Below are positions 1-12,400 of a DNA stretch of 64,000 nucleotides, piece by piece. The stretch is from Lingula anatina. Taxonomy: Eukaryota > Animalia > Brachiopoda. How positions within the stretch are numbered: position 1 is the stretch's first letter; each line of letters begins with the position of its first letter. Under the pieces are notes generated by a model. It was not told where the DNA came from, ran no database searches, and saw only the letters and a list, made by a program, of their open reading frames with translations. Both the position numbers and the translations under genes were made by a program. The stretch spans positions 31,744,001 through 31,808,000 of the forward strand of contig CM120642.1 in assembly GCA_051362555.1 (NCBI GenBank), read 5' to 3'.

Positions 1-519
1 AATGCTCTTTTCATAAACCATACTTTTTGGGCATAAATTCCTTTGTCAATTTTTTTTGTATTTTCTATGAAAGACATATCATGGTAAAACTATTTCTCTG
101 TTTTTGATAAAAAAAATATTCAGTTGGTATATAAAATTAGTTAATGGTATTTAGTAATAAGAAAGGGAAACAGTAAAGATGAAAAGACTTATCACTTTGT
201 CGGACGTTTTGAATACAAGGCGATTGACCGATTGACTGTGCTAGCTGAACCCACATTGATTGTGTCGCAACTGGTGCATTCTTCACTAAATCTCTAAACG
301 CATTCCTTTAGACATGGACATACATTAGTTGAGCTCTTTAGATGAGGTAGCATCATAGACTATATAGAGCACTACTTATAACTTATTACTTACTTATACT
401 TATAACTGTCATTTTGCTCTTCAAAGGAACCAAGAAACGGATAAATATAGAAAAAAATGTGACTGTTGAACAAAATTTAAAGATCTGCGTTATTGGGCTT
501 GTGTTGATGAATTGACACA

Positions 520-667
520 GCAGCGGCTCCTGGCGGTGACATTTTATTTGCATTGTGGGTAGGTTGGCAAGGAAAATAATATGGCGGCGGCAGTAGTAGT
601 ATTTCGAGTTTCATAAACTCTTCATGAATCTTTCTTAGTCATATATGGGCTACACATCGCCAGCATG
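520..667 (+). promoter_or_regulatory. Putative non-coding first exon / promoter region of CDKL5
   Basis: Locally CpG-containing; YY1-like AATATGGCGGC at 578-588; strong donor ATG|GTAAGC at 667/668; matching acceptor GTGTAG|G at 1056/1057. The 5' boundary is approximate. Confidence 0.55.
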
Positions 668-1106
668 GTAAGCATAAAATTTCCGTTAAATATAATTCCG
701 TCAATTTAGGTTGTTTGATACGAATTTTGAATTTACGGAGCGAAGTACGGCAAAATTGCATTCAAATTTATTTTCTAAAAATTGTAAATACCAAGAATTT
801 CAGTTACTTGTTGCTTTTACAGTTTTATAGGTGAGCACTTTCCATTGGCCGTTTAAGCTTGAAAAATATGTTCGTTAAAAATTAATATTTAATTATTTTT
901 TCTGTTTTGTTATTTGAATGCGTTCTGTTGCCTAAAACTCCAAGAAACTTATCTTGCAACTAAAAACGGAAAGTGTCTGACTTCGTTTTCTTGCTAAATA
1001 ATTCAGATTCACGCCAGGTCTGTTACCCAAATATTCTGTTGTTTTTTATTGTGTAGGCATTAAAGCCAAACCGTATGGATATGCATGGATAGAAAAGTGT
1101 TATGTG

Positions 1107-4040
1107 ATGAACAAGTACGAAGTTTTAGGAGTCGTAGGTGAAGGTAAGTCCTGTGAACTTGTTTTATAATTTTTTTTTTGTTGTGCAAGATTCATGTTGT
1201 ACAGAAAAAAATACAGACTTAATTCTGCACTGAGGCAGGTCTTGTGCAAGCAAATTTTTTATTTTTGCTGAACCAAACCACTACTTTTTCATCACTTTTT
1301 TCTCCAAATGGTTTAAATTTAACTAAAACAAGTCAAAGCACCATACCCCTAATTTGTTTAGCCAATTCAAGTCATTTTAAGGATTTGTCTAAATTTACAA
1401 GTGTTAGTGCTACCCAGCTGCATGGAATTCATTGTGTGATAAAAGAGAATTAAAAAAAAATAAAAACAGTGTAATCAACAAAATCAATAAAATTCCTGTG
1501 ATTCGGAGTTAGTGTCTGTCTTATGCCAAGCCACCTCTTACTTTAGGCATGGGTTAAAAGACACACATGTAGACTCAATGAGGCAAAGGGAAGGGGTAGT
1601 GGGCTAATGTATCAGCTATACATACATTGTAAGCCCCATTTTCCCAGCACAAGTGAATATCAGTATATAATCAGCTGAAGCTCTAGTTTACCACTTACTG
1701 AATACGAATATTATCATGACATATGAATGGGAAAGATGATAACGGCAAATAATATTTCAACTAAAAGTTTTTAACTAAATGAGAAGTCTTGAACAGAAAA
1801 TGTAAATGTTCAAAGTGAGAGAGAGCACGGAATTTATATATAAATATTGAAAACGCCAATCCTCTCCTATTTTTTTTTAATAGAAGAAGTTTGTAAAAGA
1901 CAAGCACAGGCTATGGTACTTGAAGAGAAAAAAAAAAACAAAAAAAAAAACAAAACAACAAGCATATACAGCATGCTTTTCTTTTCTCCAGTGTCTCCCA
2001 TTTATATATTATATATTACTATTATTGTTCCCAGTAACAATAAGTGCCACTGTCTTTGACCTGTCCAGATATATTCTCAGTCATTACCATGACTACCACA
2101 TACAGCATTAATGACATTAACATCATTAGCCGTCAACAAAGTTATATGACAACATGGTGACACTGAATGTAAAGTAGGAGTTATCTGTAACTGCAACAAT
2201 GGCCACACCTTAAGTGGCTTTGATCAAAGACAGTGATTGATTTTTAAAGATATAGACTAACCACTTCCCATGTGGGGTCTACTAAAGGTTACTGAGGACA
2301 CCGAGCTCGAAATTTAATCACTAACACCATATTTGTATGATGCTTCATGTGGTAGAAAGGGCACTTTGCTCACACGGGATTATCTCTGCTTTAGCAGGGA
2401 CTTTTTGTGATGGACTGACTTGCTGAAAGATAATGGAAATGGGAGACTTTCATACTTTTAGGAAATATAATTGATAACCTTTCAACAAACACATTACCAA
2501 TGAAGTTGATGGATTTGCTGACATGAAGTTTTCTACTTATGATTTTTTTTTATGTCAGTTTTTGTTAAGATAATGTGGTTTCATTATGGTTCGCTGGCTT
2601 TTATGAATAAGCTGCAAACACTGCTCTGTAGTTTGTGTTTCAGAAGTTTTTTTGTTTGTTTGTTTCACAAGTTTCATCAACATCTGTTTCCTTTTTTATT
2701 CATTTTTGTATCCTTTGTTATATGTCAGGTATCTTAATGGATCAATTTGAAAATTGGATTAATTACCTGCTTTATCAAGTTTTAATTTTGCTTCTGTGTT
2801 GCAAGCCTCAGTTTTCATTGATTTGTGACATTCTGCCTAATAGAGGAGAGGAAATTTCTTTCTATGGCTTCTCTTACAGAAGCAGATAGCTATTTCTATT
2901 AATTATTAATCTGAGACACAGTACAATTCTTGAATGGCATTCCCTCAAGTCTTATATTAATTCTATATTAATTTAGATCTGCTGGCTACAAATGGATATT
3001 TAGCTTAGTTTACAGTGGGAAAAGCTGCCCTCGCCTTCTTAGCTATATCAAGCATAGTTATGTTATTGCCTCTGAAAGATAAATTCAAAGAAAACTACTT
3101 CCAAGGCTACTAGTACTTTAGTACTAGTACCTTTTGCATTTTCCTCATTTATTGGATTTTCATATTTTTTTATCTACAGTGTTCTTCATACTGTGAGCTT
3201 CTTATCTTAGGTGATTGTTTTTTCAAATGCACAAAGGTTATTGGATGATCAAGTAATGGTGTGAAGATTGATAGCCATAATGGAGATGTAATTAGGAAAA
3301 TTCCAGGTGGCATGAATGATGGCTGTCGTAATCATATAATGTGTCTATCAATCATCCAATTCTCCTTCTCTCTCATACACACACACTCATACATGTTCAT
3401 AAACACGTGCACAAACACACATACTCTCTCTCTCCATCTCAGGGGCGGATTTAGGGCGTCTTCTGGGTCTTCCGGAAGACGGTCAGATTTTCAAGTTTAC
3501 ATTGACGGGTATCCATTTTTTCCGTCGGAAGACGGTCAAAAATGAAGAACGGATCAACAAAGATAATATGGAAGACTGTCAGAAAATATCTCTGAATCCG
3601 CCCCTGCATCTCTCTCTCTCTTGAGCACTTTAAAGCACACACATAATACAACATCGCTCTTTATAAGTAATAGAGAAAAAAAAAAACACCTTGAAGTCCC
3701 AAATTACCATTATCTGTTCCATGTCAAGAGGGTGTTGTTGTGAAGAAGATAAGGTCTCCCAGGCCTGGCTGTCAATTAAATCTCTGCCTTGGGTGTTGTT
3801 TTGCCTCTAATGCCTCATCATATTTCACTTAGGAAATCAAGGGAATAAAGGCAGCTGGAAGTCTAGGTTATTATAGATATACCCAATAAAGAATGATTTG
3901 GTTCAGATATTGATTTTTAGTACTGATATTTTTTAAAGAATTTTTTTTGATATCAAAAAATGAAAGTTAGGGGAGTGTTAGGTTTTCTGTACTTTGCATA
4001 AGATAATTTACATCATGTCAAATAGATATTGTATAACTAA

Positions 4041-4091
<51 letters not shown>

Positions 4092-7000
4092 ATATAAAAA
4101 AATAATAATGAGTTTTAGGCTACTTAAAGGTATCCAGAGCATACTAGTATATATTCCCTTTTTCCCCCAATGAACTGTTGTTTATGAATCTTTATTTTAT
4201 TTTGCAGGAGCCTATGGTGTGGTGCTAAAATGTAAAAACAAGGTAAGTATTTCTGAATTAGAATTTGTTGTAAATATGCCATGATTCTGATGGTTTTGAT
4301 GCCAAAATCATGATGCTGAAAAATGTGCATTTCAGTGAAAATGAGAGAGGAGGGGAGGGGTGTAGCAAGACTCCACATTGAACATTTAGTACTGTTATCT
4401 CATAAGGCAGAGTTGCCAATTGTTTGCATTTATATTACGTTTTATTTAGAACCGACTCCCACTGTTTTAGGAGTTATTCTATTGTTAGTAAGATGATAGA
4501 CAGTAGATCTACATGTTTTAAGTTCTGTATTGTCAGTTTGGCAGGGCTGCATTTTTTGGTCTCACAGAGTAACTCAGGCCTCTCATGCCTTTCAAGAGCA
4601 CTTTTACATACATTACACTCAAATCCATGTGGTGACATGCTGTTTAAGTATCCCAGTGATATACAAAGAAGAGGAGTGTTAGCTGCTCAGGCTGGCAATC
4701 GTATACAAAAGCGCATCACAGCTGAGGCTCTCCAGTCATATCCGTCTCTTATCTTAGCACTGAGCAAACACAATGGCAGAAGAGGCCTATTTATTACATG
4801 TGGTTGCCCCACTTCAAGCCTGGCCAGGCTATTATAGTAAAAGTATGTTCTAGTACACTATGGCCTAAATCCAAAGTATTTGTGGTTGGTCTATCGGAGA
4901 GAGCTATACAAGTTTTGATATATACATGTTTTAGTACTCTAAGGGACCATTCACAATGAATTGTGTTGACCTAGCTAATGCCCATTAACTGTATGGGGAC
5001 TCTTGCTGAATGCAATCAGATTAACAGACTAACACATCTCCTGGTATTGAGTAGAAAAGCTGGTGATTATACAGGTATGTTGGAAACAAGAGGTGGGTTA
5101 ATCTGTTAAATTGATTGCATTCAGCAAGAGTCCCCATGGAGTTATTAGCTAGGTCAGCAAAAGTCACTGCTAACGGTCCCTAATAGAAAGCTTTGGATTT
5201 TAATCAAATGCAGTTGATCAATGCAGAACATTCTAACTGAAGTAGAATATTTGAATTACATATAAAACTGAAACAAGCAGCACCAGATATATACTGGGGG
5301 ATGAAAAACGTGTTAAAGATAAACATTGCTAGTGGAAGAGAACATTAAAAGAATTTTTATGACGATATTTATGCCTAACTTGGGTATCAATGTGCCAAAC
5401 ATGCTTATAGAAGAGCTTTATGATCTTCACTATACAAACATAGGGAGCTTTTTAATCTTGATTTTGTTTGAATTTATGTGCTGAAAAAATAAGGCTATCT
5501 TTTGATGTGTGCTTGTGTACACCTCAATGTTTACTTAGTGGTAGGAATATGGCTTCTTGCGAGTGGCTGCTGGGTTTGTAGGGCTGTTAAATTTTATGGT
5601 AATATCTCTATCTTTTCAATGGGGAAAATTGTGAATTTTATTATTTATTTTTTATTACACATATTTTTCATACATTCCTTAAATGACAACATTCCTATTG
5701 AGCGGTAGCAACAAAATTGAAAAGCAGGCTATCTTTTAGTTCTATTTTACTATAGAGCTCTATCATAGAAGTACTTCTATGGTTTTATGTAGTATATAGT
5801 TAAAGCACCACAAATGCTGTATGTACAGAAATATTTTTTAATGATTCCAAAATTATATATCTGAGATATTGATCATTTTTTCCCCAAATAAAAATATTGG
5901 AGTCATATTTACCATAAAGTTGTTCCCATTGTAAGAAGATAATCTAGACTAGTGTGGTATTTACTTTCAATGTGTAGATCTATTTACTTTTAATGCAACC
6001 TATGGAGACTGAGAGACAAAACTTGAAATGTCAACATCATACTGAAAGCTGAAAGGCAGTATGAGCCATTGTTTCTAGCTGTATGTTAATTATTATTGTC
6101 AATCATCTGAATTATAAATGAAGAAAATATGCTATGGCATATACTATAAATAAGTAATTATTTATCTGCATATCTGACAAGTGTAATCAATGTATTATTT
6201 TCATGGATTGTGACATATTTTTTGGTCATTGTTTATTATTTTCACTAATTATATAAATTGCAATGAAATGGTCCTGAGATTTAAATACCAGTCCTGTAGT
6301 AAGAGAACAATTTCTTCTAAGAAAGAAAGAAGTTTTGGTATTTAGGTATACATGCGGAAAAATTCAAGAAATAAAGAGGGTTAAGAAATTTCTTTGAATA
6401 GATCTTCAGTTTTCTGATTTTAGGAAGTCTTTTTTACAATGTTTGTGAGGCATATTGGCTCTTCCAACCCCAGCTGACTTTTTTTTTTTACAAAATTTTT
6501 CACAAAATTCTTTATTATCTATGATGAAACAACAGAAGCAAAGAAATGGCCCAGTGAAAAATCGAGGGGAAAGTCACCATATGCTTTCAGAAAACTATTT
6601 ATTGATTTGATTACTGTAATATGAAAAACTGGCTGGCAACCAGCCACGTAGAGCTGTATTTGATGAGTTTTATACCATCTGACATCTTCATGAATAAATC
6701 AACACAACCGCTGACTCTGATCATTGGGGAACCCGCAGGTCTCCTTGACAATGGGAACGACTCACCTGTAACAAATGCCATGTGGGAATAGATTGTCATC
6801 GTGTTATTCGTGCTATTGTTGCCTTTGAAACTGCAGTGTGTTGTCACACTCAGGAATGTTGGTTGGCAGTGAAAAAAGAGTTAATTTGAATAGATTCTCC
6901 GCCAGATTGTTTTTTAATTTTTACAGTTGCGTGTGTTAACTTAACTGGATTTCTTTTGGTTGGTGATTATGAGATGATATGCTTTGCTTGACTTTGGAAT

Positions 7001-7999
7001 GTTTGTATTAGATGACAAGAAGGTTTTTTTCACATTCGTTTTGCCAGTTGAAAAACAATAAGGAATTAGGAACTATTAGAAAATAAATCTCAGACACTAT
7101 ATATTTGTCTCTGCTTGAAGCCCTGATTAATTCTGTAATCATTTTTGCTGTATAAATGTGTGTGAGGTCACTAGTGTCATACCTTATAGGTTTCATATCA
7201 GCAAAAAAAAAAGGTATTAAATGTATCCTGGTCTATAATATTGATGACGCATTAAGAGATTGAGGAAGTGCTAAGTATAGGTTCTGTATCTATTGGATTT
7301 TTTTACTCTATTAGTTCATATCAGCCCTGAATAATTAATTATTCATTTAAAGTACAATTGATTTACCAATCAGTATTGAATGGGTCCATAGAGTATCAAG
7401 ATGTAGGTGAGTGAGAAACATATGGGGACAGAATGGGCCGGTTACAGAAGTTCATGTTATTAGGTTAGTTCATGTTTCTTTATTTCTTTAGAAAAGTTTT
7501 GGAATTTCTTGTCCTTTGATTGCCACATGGAATTTGTCAATAAAACAGAAAAAAATTAGGCATTGCAGCATGGAAAATCGTTATTAAGAATAGGTTGTAA
7601 TTGCGAACCTAATGTTACTTAATCAGTGTTGATATTTGGATTAAATTGTAAATAATGGTTAGAGGTAATGCAATGGAAAATGTCTAGCCTTTTCAGTTCA
7701 GTGAAATAAATTGTAGTATAAATTTTGCATTAAGCTTTTCAGACTGATCAGCTTAAATTCAGGTATATCACAGTAATTAGACACCCTTATCACAGTCTAC
7801 CCCACTAATCAAACAAGCTGGCCAGGAAATGCATGTCTTGATGCATGGCAGTGAAAGGCACGTTTGTAGCGTGGTTCATATATTGAAAGATCTGTTTTTC
7901 TTTTTCAAATTCCACTTTTTCAGTAGTCATGGTGTGCCAGGAACAGATAAGAAATGGGCAAAACGTTCAAATAGTTGCCCGGTTGAGTTCCTGCCTTTT

Positions 8000-8054
<55 letters not shown>

Positions 8055-9342
8055 GCAACAAAATGTGAATTATAGTATGCATATTATTAAAAAGTTTAAA
8101 GTCCCTCTACAGTAAAAGTCAGTGATGATGTAAAAAAAATGTTTTAATATATGCAGCAGTAACATTCCAACTGTGTTTAAACCCAATTTCTTTTAGCAAG
8201 GAAATTCATGGTCCCCCAGTTGGATAATTATAAAAATTAAATATGAAGCTAAAAGAAAATGTGAAATTACATCAGGGGTTTCTGGGTCTTTTCAGTAATT
8301 ATACCGAGCCTTGTGTATTTGAAATTGATTTTTCCACATGGGTATTTTGTTTGAATTTGCTGAGGCCAGCCACTTCCATCTCTAGAGAATAGTCTTTCTA
8401 TTAGTTTTTTGTTCTGCTACTTGCTGTTTACACAACTTTAAGTTTGACCTACTACTTCTGAATCACAGTAAAAGCAGTGTTTATGCTCAACTCAAACCTC
8501 ATTCTTTGTGAGCCATTGTGCTCGGATATAAAACAGAAATAAAATTTCAAATGAAATATTTCTGCTGCTTTTTGTCCTTAAAAGACAGGTCCTGTATACT
8601 GCAAGTAAACTTTCTTTGCTCCCCGTAATTCATGCTTGTGTTTTGGATACCTGATATTACAATGCGTATAGCTGGCCGGGTTAGAGTTAAGATGTTTGAT
8701 GTATGATTTACCTCAGTAGCCAGGCTGTTTGCGGTTAGTTCAAATCTCTTTGTGTACACCCAGATAGTGTTTGCACAAAAGCTATAGAGAGAAGTCTTAA
8801 GTGTGCTAACTGTAATCCACAAACTTCACACTGTTAGAACTCTTCATTAGCATTCTTAGAACCTGCATGTTTGTAGCAGTGTAACTTTGTTAGAGTTTTG
8901 ATATATTAGCAAGAATCTTGGTAGCTTGGCACACCGGATGATCATGATGCTTGTGTAATTAACAAGGAGAGAGAGAGAGAAAAAAATAAGTAAATAAATA
9001 TAGTACAAGACAAAGTATAACATTGCAAAGAATAGCTGATCACTATATTAAAGCAGTAATTTCAATGGTTTACAAAATTGTGCAATCTAACCATTTCCAT
9101 GGTAACTAGAGAGGAAGAGGGCATCATCTAAAAATTACACCCCATTTAAGATATGATTTTTTATGTTTCTTATTTAGATAATTTTAACTTTTCCTGTAAC
9201 ATTCCAACAAGGTTTCTTACTGATCCTGAAAGAAAAAATGCTATTTTTCTTATAATTATCTTGTGTTGCATTTTTTCATTTTGTGAGTTGTAAAGAAAAA
9301 AAAAAGTCTTATAATTTCCCCATAATCACTCAGTGTCTATAG

Positions 9343-9401
<59 letters not shown>

Positions 9402-12400
9402 TGTGATTTACCATAAATACTGGGCATTGGAGTGAGTTCATGAATTAACCATACATTCAAACATTATGAGTCAATGTTGCACAGATACACTTTTTAGTAC
9501 ATTCAGTGTAATTTGCCAAATTCATTTGATTGAATTTCTGTTTGATTTTGTCATTGCAGGAGTCTGGTGAGATGGTGGCTATCAAGAAGTTCAAGGACAG
9601 TGAGGGTGGGTATCACCGAGCTTTCATCTTTGATTTGAATTCAAATTCAAATAAATAAATAAATTAATAATCAAACTAACAATAAGCATGTAAATTTATT
9701 TTGATAAAAAAAAAAAGAAAACAGAAACTTAGATAAGGACATTAAAAAGATTTGGAAAAGTCCAAAGAAAAGATTAACTCCATTCTTCTCCCCATTTTAA
9801 CAAATTTTATAGTAAAGTAATATTAAGTTGGCAACTGTAACTGCGTCCAGAAACTTATAACTAGTGAGCATTATTTATGGTTGTATTCCTGACCAACTAC
9901 ATGTACTAAACATTACGTATACGGAACGTTAAGTCTTCCACAGGTGTGCTGTTAACTGCAGTCATTGCCTTCAATTAGCAACACAAAGCAGTCTAATTAA
10001 TTCATTAAGTGGGATACATTTCTGGTATCAACATTCAGTTAGTTTGGCAGAGAGCCATTCCAATAAGGATTTTGCGGGATTCATAGTTTCCCAAACATAA
10101 GTAGTTGCCTGTTGTCATGCAACTGTTAGCTTAGGATGGTGTATAGTTACCCTTCATTGACTTCACTGATGACGCAGGAATTGAAATGAATTTTTGCAGT
10201 GCAAGACAAGGAATTCACTTTTATCAAAAAAATAATCAACCTTTTTCTTTTAGCCATTCTGACAGAAGGGTCATAATGAAAATTGTAATTTGCTATTTTC
10301 AGCTGTTCATAAAATTGAAGTTAAGCTATGCTGAGTTTTTTACCTCTCTTTTTTTTTTATAGTCCTAGATTAAAATGTTTCTTTTAGAGAGAACAAAACC
10401 CATCTCACTCTTAACAATTACATTTTGTTTAAACACATCAGAGGATGGTAAGTTGATTATTCTGTTATCACATGTCTTGTCAAGAATTTTTGGCCAAATA
10501 TTTTATATTTGTGTCTCACCAACATCACAATATATATATATGTACCACAATGGGGTTGCCTTCAAGGTTTCAACATCAGAGCACTGTGCTACATGCTTAT
10601 CATAGTTTGATCTCTTGTTTTTTAGGCACATTATTATATTAAATATTATTCAGTATGGTAAAGATTGCAAAATTCATTAAGTGCACAATTAGAATAATAT
10701 TATTTTGCAGCAGTTACGCAATGTTGCATTGTTATGATCCCTTTATGCATAACTGAAAAGAAAGAAAAATATTAAATTTGAAATGTGTTTATTATAAAGT
10801 AATTTTTTCTGCTACTGTAAGTCAATACCAATTGGTCTGATAATGACAATTAAGAATGGTCATGACACGCATGTGCCCCTTGGAGACAGAACACGGCAAT
10901 GGCATTAAACAAGTTACATGGTTTATAGTTCAGTTTTGTTATTTTAAAGTGAAGTTTCATCTATGTACAACACAGCTCTCTTTCAAGAGCATTTTTTCAC
11001 TCCTTAGTGGCTGCCCAATGTAAAATAGTCGTGAGCCACAGGTAAATAGTAACACGTGTCACCAAAATAGACACTGTCAACAAATGCTTTGAATACTTGT
11101 ATTGAAACCGGCTGCGAGAGTGCTGTATTAACATGTGTACATTTTGGCTAAAAAGTTAGAGGTTAGCAGGCCTATAGCAAGCAAATTCAGGGGGGTTCTT
11201 TTTATGAAAAAAGTGAGTCTTTTTATCCCCTTTGAGATGACCCAATTTGAAAAATGGCCTAAATATTTTAATCCAATTTTGATTCTATTTTGAGTTATAA
11301 TTTCTTTGGATTTTACTGACAATAAGGATAAACAGATATTTTTTTTAAATGTATTTTAGGTCAATCTACTGCACTAAGTTTTGCAGGTGTGATTTTTTCC
11401 CAAACAATAAACAAAAGCATGCATTGATTTTTATTCAAGTGTTATATATTTCTTGCCATCATGTGGGCATCCCCTTCTATACCTAGTTTACCTTGTAGAT
11501 AACTGCTTAAGAGAGCTAAGATTGAAGAATGTGTGCATGATATATAAGAGCCTCATTGAAGTCGTGCTTCCTCCTCCCTAGCAACACGTATTTTCAGCTA
11601 AAACATAACATGCTGTATAAGTGTTTGCAGATCATCAGTGATTGAAATAATGCATCAGGCAACAAAACACACTGGAGTGTTACTTCCAAAGCTAATCCAG
11701 CATGAGGACAGCTTTGTTTGAGGCACTATATGCTGTCCATTCCCACGGCGACCTTACAAATTCTCCAGATACCACAAAAAAGAATGTATTGATTTTTTAT
11801 GTCAATATAAAATTTCACCTGCTCTAATGTTTACCTGTGGCACTGACGTGAGTGTATTGTAGTGTCAATGTGGAAGTGATAAGCTAGCTTCCCGTCTATA
11901 ATGGAGCAACAGGCTAGTTAATTGTAGTAGCTCTAAAAGCATGTTATTGCAGCTTATGTATTAGATATAGGAGGACTGAACTCGCTGTTAAGTGCTGCTG
12001 TCATTAAACCAACTTGTTATGAATTTTGTTAATGTGTTTTGTGGTGATAAATGGTGTATCAAAAGGAATATGGGATGGAATTTATTGTTTGAATATGGAC
12101 TGTTGTATTTCTGTGAACAGAAATAACTTAAGTAGATCCTATTGTGTATGTTTTTGCCTTTTGATGTTGATTTATAAAGAAAATGTCACCAAGTAGATTT
12201 AATGATACCTCTATGCTTACCATTTTCAGATTTTTGATCAACAAATATCCTCAAAACATTTTTTTAAACCCAACCTCCTGTAAAGAATGGAAAAGAAGTA
12301 TCTTACATGTTAAAATGAAATGACATCCTGTTTTTCAGAAATACAGGATAATGCAGAGGATATTATAATCATAGCTCATTAAGTCAATCATCTAAAAACA

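Noticed and set aside
180-330. Exon of a divergent upstream gene
   Set aside because: Short open stretch on - without convincing start or splice sites
6611-8822. Nested antisense gene in a CDKL5 intron (ORFs 6611-6847 and 8547-8822, possible exon 6766-6830)
   Set aside because: No recognisable protein motifs and no consistent exon chain
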